28,338 bases of DNA from assembly GCA_021786105.1 (NCBI GenBank), contig JAJYNW010000014.1, positions 1-28,338 on the forward strand, in the 5' to 3' direction. Numbering within the stretch: the first letter of the stretch is position 1; each line of letters starts with the position of its first letter. The stretch comes from a bacterium (GTDB taxonomy: Bacteria > Patescibacteriota > Microgenomatia > Daviesbacterales > UBA10151). A program made the position numbers and the translations under genes. The notes beneath the pieces are model-generated. The model searched no databases, was not told where the DNA came from, and was given only the letters and a program-made list of their open reading frames with translations. Positions 18,000-25,756 of this stretch are shown here, in pieces.

Positions 18000-18076
18000 G
18001 CCAGTTCGACGTTTTTGCGAAGCAAAAAGGCAAGGTTCCGAGCGAAGCGAGGATTCTTATTCTGGTATCCCGCTCC
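18000..18076 (+). other. tRNA 3' fragment (T arm plus acceptor strand, Gly-like) with a 50-nt insert in the T-loop
   Basis: GCCAG-TTCGA-[18010-18059]-TT-CTGGT-ATCCCGC-T-CC. Confidence 0.6.
18012..18058. repeat. tandem GCGAAGC mini-hairpins (REP-like)
   Basis: TTTTTGC-GAA-GCAAAAA (18012-18028) and AAGGTTCC-GA-GCGAAGC-GA-GGATTCTT (18032-18058). Confidence 0.65.
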
Positions 18077-18082
18077 TAAATT

Positions 18083-18358
18083 TTAATTTGTTTTATTTTT
18101 CTTTTCAGCAGACTGCGCTTGGCCTTCAGCTACTTTTAACATGGCCTCAAATTGCTCAGCAAATTTTTTGGCATGCTCTTTGCTCATGCCGATTCTGGCT
18201 ACGATCCGAGCCTGATTAGTGGAAGCAATTTGCTGGGAAAAATCCAACACAATACCGCTTGGATTGACAGTAATCAAAATATTGTCCGTATACAAAATAG
18301 GAGTGGTATCCAAATTAATGTTTACATTAGTCCCGTTATTTTTATTTTTCGCATCCAT
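18083..18358 (-). CDS. DUF3467 family protein
   Basis: LYTDN...IVLDF...ARIVARIGMSKEHAKKF pattern; AAGGAGGTG SD ahead of ATG 18358. Confidence 0.75.
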   Translation of the reverse strand: MDAKNKNNGTNVNINLDTTPILYTDNILITVNPSGIVLDFSQQIASTNQARIVARIGMSKEHAKKFAEQFEAMLKVAEGQAQSAEKKNKTN

Positions 18359-18440
18359 TCTCCTCACCTCCTTTACAACGCTTAGATTAAGCTAAGTTAA
18401 ACCCCTAGTCAAGAAGTCTTGCTAATATTAGAATCCTAAT

Positions 18441-19610
18441 ATGATTAATCTATCTCCGGACCAACAGAATGTTTTAGATAAAATTCTGCTTTGGTTTAAA
18501 AATAAAAAGAGGGAAAGGCCATATATTACCTTGGGAGGATATGCGGGAACAGGAAAAACTACTTTAATTGCCATTTTGCGGCAAGAGCTGGCTAAAATTG
18601 ATAAGGATTTAAAGGTAGGTTTTGTTGCCTATACAGGAAAAGCTGCCCGGGTTTTAAAAACTAAACTAAAAGATCAAAAGGTAATTTTACCTAAGGATTC
18701 AGTCAGTACCATTCATGCCCTGATTTATTCACCGATTGTTGATGAAAAAGAAGTAATTATCGGTTGGCAGACTAAAGATGAAATTGAGTGTAATTTAATT
18801 ATTGTTGATGAGGCCTCGATGGTGGATGAGTTAATCTGGTCTCACTTACTGTCTTATAAAGTACTGATTATTGTAGTGGGGGATCATGGCCAACTGCCGC
18901 CAATTAAAGGCAATTTTAATTTAATGCAGTGCCCACAGTTGCGGCTTGAGGAGATTCATCGTCAGGCTAGACAAAACCCAATTATTGGTTTATCAATTCA
19001 AGCCCGGGAGTTTGGCTTAATCCGTTCCGGTAAATATTCCCCTAAGGTCCGGAAGTTTTCTCACGAAGATTTGGACGCGCAAGAGGAAATGGGGGAGATG
19101 CTTTTAAACTTTAATACAGATACTTTAATTCTGTGCGGTTATAACTCCACCCGCAGAAAATTAAACAACCACATCCGCAATGCTTTAGGTTTTGAATCAC
19201 CTAATCCAACTTCCAGGGATCGGGTGATTTGTTTACGGAATAATCACAAGGAAAGAATTTATAACGGGATGTTGGGGACAATTATCCGTATTAAGAAAAA
19301 AGACTCTCACTGGTATGAGGCGGAAATTAATATGGATGGTGAGGAAGCAAATTATCAGGGTTTAATTTCTGTTGATCAATTTAATTCTGAGTTGCCCATG
19401 AATTTTACGGAAAAAAGATCACAAATTATGAAAGGGGATTTATTTGATTTTGGATACGCTTTAACGGTTCACAAGGCCCAAGGCTCACAAGCCAAAAGGG
19501 TGATACTTTTTGAAGAAAGGTTTAAACAAATGACGGATGAAGCTTGGAAAAGATGGCTTTATACAGCTGTAACCCGTGCTGAAGAAGAACTTTACATTTT
19601 TCCAAGATAA
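18441..19610 (+). CDS. RecD/Dda-like superfamily 1B DNA helicase
   Basis: GYAGTGKT (Walker A), YTGKAA, STIH, VDEASMV, GDHGQLPPI, EIHRQA, YALTVHKAQGS, LYTAVTRA. Confidence 0.92.
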   Translation: MINLSPDQQNVLDKILLWFKNKKRERPYITLGGYAGTGKTTLIAILRQELAKIDKDLKVGFVAYTGKAARVLKTKLKDQKVILPKDSVSTIHALIYSPIVDEKEVIIGWQTKDEIECNLIIVDEASMVDELIWSHLLSYKVLIIVVGDHGQLPPIKGNFNLMQCPQLRLEEIHRQARQNPIIGLSIQAREFGLIRSGKYSPKVRKFSHEDLDAQEEMGEMLLNFNTDTLILCGYNSTRRKLNNHIRNALGFESPNPTSRDRVICLRNNHKERIYNGMLGTIIRIKKKDSHWYEAEINMDGEEANYQGLISVDQFNSELPMNFTEKRSQIMKGDLFDFGYALTVHKAQGSQAKRVILFEERFKQMTDEAWKRWLYTAVTRAEEELYIFPR

Positions 19611-19651
19611 ATAAATACTATAAATAAGATCAGAATGACTTAAATTTGGTA

Positions 19652-19912
19652 TTAGAACTTCGGTAAGGAGGGGCCAATATTATAGAGGAATAAACGAGCG
19701 CGGATAGCCGTGCTCCTGAAACGAAGTGCCAGGTTTAGTTCGTAGCTTTTACAAACATTTCCTTCAACTCTTGGGAGAATTTGAATACCTGATTCAATTT
19801 TGATTAAACAACATTCAAACCTTCCGGAGTCTTTAACCCGATAAAGACAGCGGCTGCAATCCGGCCCATTTCCCGGCACAAATCCCTTGGTAGTTGCCTC
19901 TCTTCTTTCCAT
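19652..19912 (-). CDS. small Cys-rich hypothetical protein
   Basis: 86 aa, CxxC...CC...C; preceded by TTGACT (19949-19944), 17 nt, TACAGT (19926-19921). Confidence 0.55.
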   Translation of the reverse strand: MERREATTKGFVPGNGPDCSRCLYRVKDSGRFECCLIKIESGIQILPRVEGNVCKSYELNLALRFRSTAIRARLFLYNIGPSLPKF

Positions 19913-19984
19913 GCTCTCGGACTGTAAAGTATTTCTTAAAATAAGTCAAGAAATGATTTTTAACTTATAGTGTATAATGTGGTG

Positions 19985-20380
19985 ATGGATAAGGAATTTA
20001 AAAGAAGACAGATAGAAGCTGATGTGGTCACAGTGGTAGGGGTGCTGGAAATAGGTAGGGTTTTTGGAAAGTTTTTTGTGCCGATGCCGGAGGTTTTAGC
20101 TAATTATTCCGGTGATTTTGCCGGAGGATATTGTTTTAACTGGTTTATCAATACCACAATGGAATTGTCACCCTTAAGCAGGATTTCCGAAAATAAAAGG
20201 AATCTGATCAGTGCCGGAATAACTTTAGGGGCAGTGGTTGCAGTGGAAACTTTTCATATATTTGGTACACCTCAGTTCCAAGATGTCCCGGCTGGTGTTT
20301 TGGGGGTTATTGCCAGTTATGGAGTTAGAAAACTTGCTCAAAGGTGGGTAGGGGAACAGGTCAACGATAGAAATCAATAA
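19985..20380 (+). CDS. small multi-TM hypothetical membrane protein
   Basis: Hydrophobic segments; TATAAT 19973-19978 lies 6 nt before ATG 19985. Confidence 0.65.
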   Translation: MDKEFKRRQIEADVVTVVGVLEIGRVFGKFFVPMPEVLANYSGDFAGGYCFNWFINTTMELSPLSRISENKRNLISAGITLGAVVAVETFHIFGTPQFQDVPAGVLGVIASYGVRKLAQRWVGEQVNDRNQ

Positions 20381-20389
20381 TGAGGTGCG

Positions 20390-20704
20390 TTATGCAAGAT
20401 ATTTGCCAGAACCAAAACACTTAGCAATACTATAATTACCCACTTGATATTTATTCCTACTTTTCTTTGCCTGTTCATTAAACTCCGGCACTGAAGAAAT
20501 AGAAATAATTTTATCTGCTCCGACTAATTTACAGTCCCTGTCTAGCAGGATAATGTCAAAGTTGAGGTTTTTGTTTTTGTTGATTAACTCCTCAACCTGT
20601 AAATAAGTGGTTAAAACTATGGTGGAAAAATCATAAGGCTGGTTTTGTTCGAGTTTGGATAATTTTTCCAGGATTTTAGATAAGGTTAATAAATCATCTT
20701 CCAA
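20390..20704 (-). pseudogene. degenerate receiver (CheY-like) domain fragment
   Basis: LLEDD and FDIILLD receiver-like motifs; no in-frame ATG upstream before a stop; the region after the putative phospho-Asp looks shortened. Confidence 0.45.
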
Positions 20705-20711
20705 AAGAGTA

Positions 20712-20996
20712 TTAATCCTGAGGGAATTGGGTGGTTGTATAGTTTTGAAAGATTACGCTATAGGTAAGGGCATCCTCTGCCAATTTTTGTTTATCTTCTT
20801 GATTAAGCACTTTTGGTAAAGAATTAATAAACTTTTTTAGATATGGTTTAACTTCCGATATCTTTATCTCCTCTTTTCTCTTTATGGCTTCTTCAGTAAA
20901 CCGCCTGGCCATGTTCTCTGAACCCCTGTAATAACCTAAAGCTACTCTTTTTAAATCCATGGACAGTGATCCAATAATGATTGCGTTTCTGTTCAT
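20712..20996 (-). CDS. small helical hypothetical protein coupled to DUF5674
   Basis: 94 aa; AAGGAGG SD inside the upstream gene; ATGA overlap. Confidence 0.75.
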   Translation of the reverse strand: MNRNAIIIGSLSMDLKRVALGYYRGSENMARRFTEEAIKRKEEIKISEVKPYLKKFINSLPKVLNQEDKQKLAEDALTYSVIFQNYTTTQFPQD

Positions 20997-21331
20997 AAAA
21001 CCTCCTTAAAATAATATTCTGACAGCTGTTTATATTTTTCTCTGATGTTTTGATCCTGAATTTCGTTGCTGGTATTGTTGTCATTTGGCCGGATATTAAT
21101 AAAAGAATTATAATCTATTACTTTAGTTTCCAAATCAATACCTCCACCCCATAAATCCTGTTGTTTTGAGCCATCTTTTAACAGAACTTCCTCTGATTCA
21201 TAGTGTCTGTCAGAACCTGCTGAACAAACTTTTCTTTTAATATCGATTACTGTTTTTATATAGGTATCAAATTGTTCTCTTAATTTTATTATTTCTTCTT
21301 TGGTAAACGGTGTTGATTTGGTAATAATCAT
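20993..21331 (-). CDS. DUF5674 family protein
   Basis: IKTVIDI, H..E..LL.DGSKQ.DLWG, SFINIRP..N...I.D..IR pattern; TAATAT 7 nt before ATG 21331. Confidence 0.8.
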   Translation of the reverse strand: MIITKSTPFTKEEIIKLREQFDTYIKTVIDIKRKVCSAGSDRHYESEEVLLKDGSKQQDLWGGGIDLETKVIDYNSFINIRPNDNNTSNEIQDQNIREKYKQLSEYYFKEVL

Positions 21332-21384
21332 GCAAGACATATTAAAGCACAAAGGGGTTTTGAAAGCTATGCTATGTATTGATT

Positions 21385-21918
21385 TTAAGATGTGGGTTCT
21401 GGGGGGAGGAATTCTTCACCGGCATTTGAAACCGGGACTTCACCTGGTTTTAACCACCTGATATAAGCACAGCCTGTGGCTTGCCTGTTGGCGGCATCCC
21501 AGCCAGCAGTTGAACATTTCTCCATTTTTTTACCGGAATTTGTAGTAAATAAAACTAATTTTTCCCCGCAAGTTGGGCAATCTGACTCTAAAGGCTCGCT
21601 TTTTCCGGTTAACCATTCCACATAATCGCAACCGGTGGCTTTTTTAGCTTCTTTATCCCAGCCACCTTTGGAACACTTTTTCATCTTTTTGCCAAAACGG
21701 GTGACTTGCAAAATTAAAGCGCTGTCACACTTAGGACACTTTTCATCTAAGGTCACCGGTTCAACTGTTAACCACTTAACATATTCACAGCCTTCATTTT
21801 TCCGGAGCTCTTTATTCCAGGATCCATTACTGCAGCGTTGCAGTCTTTTACCGGTTGGGGTTTCCGTGACTTCCCCTAAGGCAGAACCGCATTTGGGGCA
21901 ATTTTGTGCATCAGACAT
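21385..21918 (-). CDS. stand-alone topoisomerase-type C4 zinc-ribbon repeat protein
   Basis: Three repeats CPxC...CS.GxW...GCxYxxWL; start reset to ATG 21918. Confidence 0.8.
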   Translation of the reverse strand: MSDAQNCPKCGSALGEVTETPTGKRLQRCSNGSWNKELRKNEGCEYVKWLTVEPVTLDEKCPKCDSALILQVTRFGKKMKKCSKGGWDKEAKKATGCDYVEWLTGKSEPLESDCPTCGEKLVLFTTNSGKKMEKCSTAGWDAANRQATGCAYIRWLKPGEVPVSNAGEEFLPPEPTS

Positions 21919-21982
21919 GTTTTCTAGCTTACCATACAGATTGGTCAGATAAAAGATATAAAAATGTGGTATGCTTAGCGAC

Positions 21983-22393
21983 ATGGCAGATTTTAACAGA
22001 GACAGACCAAGAGGAAATTTTAGAGGAAGATCTAATGACAGAGGGTTTGGCGGAGGACGTGGATTTGACAGGCCGCAAATGCACAGGGCTGTTTGTGATA
22101 AGTGCAGGCAGGATTGTGAAGTGCCTTTTAAGCCAACCAGCGGCAAGCCGGTTTATTGTAATAATTGTTTTGACAGGCCAAGAAGATCTGAGGGAAGAGA
22201 TTTTCAAAGACCCCAATTTGAGGAAAAAAGAGTGCCTAATTATGAACAGCAATTTGCAGAGTTAAATGCCAAGCTTGATAGAGTATTAAATATTTTAATG
22301 CCGGTGGTTGCAGAGGTGGAAGCTGAAGTAGCTGAAGAAGAGATTACGGAAGAAGTTAAAGCCCCGAAAAAATCTTCAAAGAAAAAAGACTAG
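21983..22393 (+). CDS. CxxC-x17-CxxC domain protein with RG-rich N-terminus
   Basis: CDKC-17 aa (EVPFKPTSGKPVY)-CNNC; coiled segment LNAKLDRVL; acidic then Lys-rich tail. Confidence 0.88.
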   Translation: MADFNRDRPRGNFRGRSNDRGFGGGRGFDRPQMHRAVCDKCRQDCEVPFKPTSGKPVYCNNCFDRPRRSEGRDFQRPQFEEKRVPNYEQQFAELNAKLDRVLNILMPVVAEVEAEVAEEEITEEVKAPKKSSKKKD

Positions 22394-23883
22394 TTATTTT
22401 TAAAGATATAAGCTGTAAAGCCGCCGGATTTTATCATTTGGGCTTCATTAGTATCAAACTTTACTGGCACTCTTGATTCGGACATAATCACGGTATATTT
22501 AACAGGTTTTTGGGAAATCTCCGAAGCATATAACCAACCCAGGCCATTATCAGAATCACTTCTTTCCGGAGTTTTGCCGTTTAAGACAAATAAATACCGC
22601 CACGCTTCGTAAAAATGACACAGGCCGGTTTGTTTAAGTTCGAAGGGGTTGTTGCCGATAACTGAAATAACTTCTTTAATTAAAGTATTCTTGGCGCCCA
22701 GGCCAAATTCCGGTTTATTAGAAATTACAGTGGAAATGCCCAAAATTGAGGCTAAAAAGGCGGCGGAAATGATTAATAATTTAAGCTTGGGAAAATAATC
22801 AGCTAATATGCCGGGTAAAAACATTAAAAGTGGGAAGATGCCCAGCAAATAATATTCATAAGCCCCGCCGGGAAAGAGCAGGAAAGCTCCGGTAACGGAG
22901 ACAATAAATAGAGCCAAAAGCTTGGTATTTTCATTTTTGCGGGTTTTGGGGTTAATCAGGAAAAGCAGCAAGATTGCTGTACCCAGCAAAGATAGTAATA
23001 AGGGAGGGTTAAATCTTTGGGAAATGTTTTTTAGGCTAACCGGATTATCTAAGCGGGAAGGGGCAGCGCAAGAAATAATGGTTTCATCGGAATTATTGCC
23101 AGGTTTTAAGTACCAAACCCGGCCTAGAGCTTCGAAAAGGGTGGGCAGGTGGCTGACGGGATTAACTTTATTGCGGTAATCGGCAGAAATTTCGGCAAAT
23201 CTTAAGGGGGTGGTGATATTGGAGCCTTTGTGGAAGTAATCAAAGGCAACTAAAGGGGCAACCATGATCAAAAAAGCTGCAACGGATAAAATTATTATTT
23301 CTTTCTCGGGCTTAATTTTTTTCTTGATTACCCAATAGCCGGCAATGGTGATCAGGGGAACGAGTGAGAGGTGAGTATGGAAAATTAATCCTGCCCCGAG
23401 GCTAAACGAAATTAACCAGCGGGGATTTTTCTTGGTTTTGCAAAGGGATAACAGCATTAACACTGATAAAAAAGGAATTAAAGTAGGGTTCCAGTATTTT
23501 TGATCCAGGAAGACCATTAAAGACAGGGCGGCATACAGTAATCCGGCCAAAAGACCCGTTCTTTTACCAAAAAGAGTTTTCCCGGTATAAATAATCAGAC
23601 CGGTGGTTAAAATACCAATGGAGGCGGAAACATAACCGGTAATTAAAGGATCACCTTTGGAAAAATAAAGCCAAAGGGCGGTAAAGTAGGCCCAATACGG
23701 ACCCAGGTAAAAACCTAAGTGGGCGGCATTAACGCCGATCCAAATAATGTGAAAGTGTTTGACGATGGATTCGGCCAAAATGGCTTGATGTTCCTCGTCT
23801 CCGGCAAAGATAAAACTGTTAGGCAGGTTGTAAAATCTTAGGATGGCGGAGAGTAGCAGGATTAATAGAATAGCCCAACGCAT
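22390..23883 (-). CDS. GT-C fold (ArnT/PMT-like) glycosyltransferase
   Basis: LRFYNL, FAGDE, YLGPYWAY, WNPTL, FHTH; polytopic. Confidence 0.8.
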   Translation of the reverse strand: MRWAILLILLLSAILRFYNLPNSFIFAGDEEHQAILAESIVKHFHIIWIGVNAAHLGFYLGPYWAYFTALWLYFSKGDPLITGYVSASIGILTTGLIIYTGKTLFGKRTGLLAGLLYAALSLMVFLDQKYWNPTLIPFLSVLMLLSLCKTKKNPRWLISFSLGAGLIFHTHLSLVPLITIAGYWVIKKKIKPEKEIIILSVAAFLIMVAPLVAFDYFHKGSNITTPLRFAEISADYRNKVNPVSHLPTLFEALGRVWYLKPGNNSDETIISCAAPSRLDNPVSLKNISQRFNPPLLLSLLGTAILLLFLINPKTRKNENTKLLALFIVSVTGAFLLFPGGAYEYYLLGIFPLLMFLPGILADYFPKLKLLIISAAFLASILGISTVISNKPEFGLGAKNTLIKEVISVIGNNPFELKQTGLCHFYEAWRYLFVLNGKTPERSDSDNGLGWLYASEISQKPVKYTVIMSESRVPVKFDTNEAQMIKSGGFTAYIFKNN

Positions 23884-23920
23884 TACAAAATATTACTGTT
23901 TTGATAGAATATGTTCAAGC

Positions 23921-23992
23921 GCCGGAGTGGCTCAGTGGTAGAGCAGTACTTTCGTAAAGTACGGGTCGTGGGTTCGATTCCCACCTCCGGCT
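23921..23992 (+). tRNA. tRNA-Thr(CGT), full CCA not encoded
   Basis: Acceptor GCCGGAG/CTCCGGC, anticodon arm GTACT-TTCGTAA-AGTAC, T arm GTGGG-TTCGATT-CCCAC. Confidence 0.95.
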
Positions 23993-24015
23993 CCTAACGA
24001 AGTGAGGAGGCAAGG
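23991..24015. repeat. GAA-loop hairpin related to the element after tRNA-Gly
   Basis: CTCC-TA-AC-GAA-GT-GA-GGAG, then GGCAAGG as at 18029-18035. Confidence 0.5.
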
Positions 24016-24073
24016 CGGTAACAAGATTTTTGAGTAGACTTATCCCTTTTCCAATTCCTGAACAACCTATAGC

Positions 24074-24102
24074 TTGATTCTATCCAGTTGAATTACTATA
24101 AT
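24074..24102 (+). promoter_or_regulatory. sigma70 promoter for the 24111 gene
   Basis: TTGATT 24074-24079, 17 nt, TATAAT 24097-24102, ATG 8 nt downstream. Confidence 0.65.
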
Positions 24103-24110
24103 CCTCTAAT

Positions 24111-25712
24111 ATGGTTAAAACAGAAACACCATTAAGACAAATTAAATACCATGAAGGTGACAAATTGGATTATATAAATCACACCTTGCAACCTAATGGT
24201 AAATTAAGCTGCTATTCTAGGCATGATACTATTTTAAGAGTTCGCGGAGGTGGTTTTTATGGAAAGGTGTTGCTTCTAGAAGATCAACCCTATGTTGTAA
24301 AAACAACTCAGCCAGGCTCCGCACACGATTTGCTCCGCAGTGTAGCATGGGGGTTTAGACAATTTCCCCCGCAAGTGTCAGAAAAAGCAGCTCAGTTAGA
24401 TTCTCTTGCTACCAACCTGATTAGTGATGTCTTACCTGTTGTAACGGAAGGACAATTTGATAGTCCTAAATCATTTGGTTATACTCGTTTACCTAATGGT
24501 TATGCTCAGTTAATTGAACAGGTAAGAGGAAGAGGTCCTAAGTTTGCACCAGTAAATGAATTTGAGAGCTTTAGGCAAGCCCAAAGAACTTTAACTGAGG
24601 TGGCTTATGATTTAGGTTTAGAACAAGTAGGGCAAGTTCACCCAGATAATCCATTCGCCATGGCTAACCTATGGTATAACGATTCAAAAAGGGGGTTTAT
24701 CTGGCTTGATACACTAGCAGCATTTAGACATGAACCTATTTTTGGGATTCTTCACTATAAATTTCACCAAGAAATCCATGATAGGTTCTATCCAAATGAT
24801 CCATCAAAAGTTACTTACAACACAATTCATATCGATGCTTTCTCTGACAGGATAAAAGGAATCGAAGGAAAATTTGATCCAAGTGATTACAGAAGGATAA
24901 TGGATAACTTACAGCTTTACCAAGAGATACTACAGCAAAACAGTGAAGCAAGTTTCACGCAGAGAGATTTCGGCCATGCATTAATAGACTTTAAGGATAT
25001 AGTCAAAGTTTTACCATCAAAAGTAGGTCATAAAGTTTTAGGAGTAATCGATTTAGGCAGAGCAGTTTTTGATCCCAATGTAAGACGGAGGCTTATTTTT
25101 AGAGGTTTGGAGAAAGGAGCGGATATGGGTTACATAACAGACGAAGAAGCATCAAGGGTTAGTGAAGAATTTGATACTTACGAGCAGGTTCGTGAAGAGT
25201 CATTAAGGCTACGCTTGGCTGAGACTGCTCTAGCGGGATTTTATGTTGGCACCTTTGCAGGTACAAATCTCTTAAGAGGTGCATTTTTGGGTCTCAATAC
25301 GTTTTCTGAACAAGACCTACTTGTAAAAGGCTTTACTAATGTAGGTTTTCTTGTAGGATCGCAACTAGTTTCATCCGCAGCTCGATTCTTAGGAACCAAT
25401 GCTATAGGATTGGCTAGCGGAGTTGATTTAAGAGCCGCTGCAAGCACTTCAGTTGTTCCCATAGCTGGTAACTTTTTGCCATTCTCAGCCCAAGCTTTGG
25501 TTAATACAGGCAGCGAAAATGGTTTAGTCTGGCATTACGCAGTTAGAGAATATATCGCAAAACTTTCCGCCTTGCATCCTGCTGGGGGTTGGGGTACACA
25601 ATACGAAGCTGAACTTTATGAAAAAATTGGGCCAAGTATAGAAAATCTCGCGGTCAAAAAACCTGTTGATGAGGTTATGGGTACTTCCTCGACTGCAAGA
25701 ATCTTCAAGTAA
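24111..25712 (+). CDS. hypothetical protein with atypical kinase-like N-terminus and hydrophobic C-terminal helices
   Basis: 533-aa ORF; GGGFYGKV, YVVK, HPD...ANL, WLD. CDS is confident; the kinase call is inference. Confidence 0.65.
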   Translation: MVKTETPLRQIKYHEGDKLDYINHTLQPNGKLSCYSRHDTILRVRGGGFYGKVLLLEDQPYVVKTTQPGSAHDLLRSVAWGFRQFPPQVSEKAAQLDSLATNLISDVLPVVTEGQFDSPKSFGYTRLPNGYAQLIEQVRGRGPKFAPVNEFESFRQAQRTLTEVAYDLGLEQVGQVHPDNPFAMANLWYNDSKRGFIWLDTLAAFRHEPIFGILHYKFHQEIHDRFYPNDPSKVTYNTIHIDAFSDRIKGIEGKFDPSDYRRIMDNLQLYQEILQQNSEASFTQRDFGHALIDFKDIVKVLPSKVGHKVLGVIDLGRAVFDPNVRRRLIFRGLEKGADMGYITDEEASRVSEEFDTYEQVREESLRLRLAETALAGFYVGTFAGTNLLRGAFLGLNTFSEQDLLVKGFTNVGFLVGSQLVSSAARFLGTNAIGLASGVDLRAAASTSVVPIAGNFLPFSAQALVNTGSENGLVWHYAVREYIAKLSALHPAGGWGTQYEAELYEKIGPSIENLAVKKPVDEVMGTSSTARIFK

Positions 25713-25756
25713 TTGATGTAGCCCTGTTTGTAAAAGAGGTTTTTCCTGTCTTCAGC

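Noticed and set aside
17884-18033. N-terminal extension of the 17152-18033 ORF
   Set aside because: It is the antisense reading of tRNA-Gly; ATG 17883 has its own extended -10.
21906-22265. Overlapping ORFs 21906-22265(+), 21929-22252(-) and the 5' extension of 21385-22146
   Set aside because: Shadows of the CxxC-x17-CxxC gene, which has the recognisable domain.
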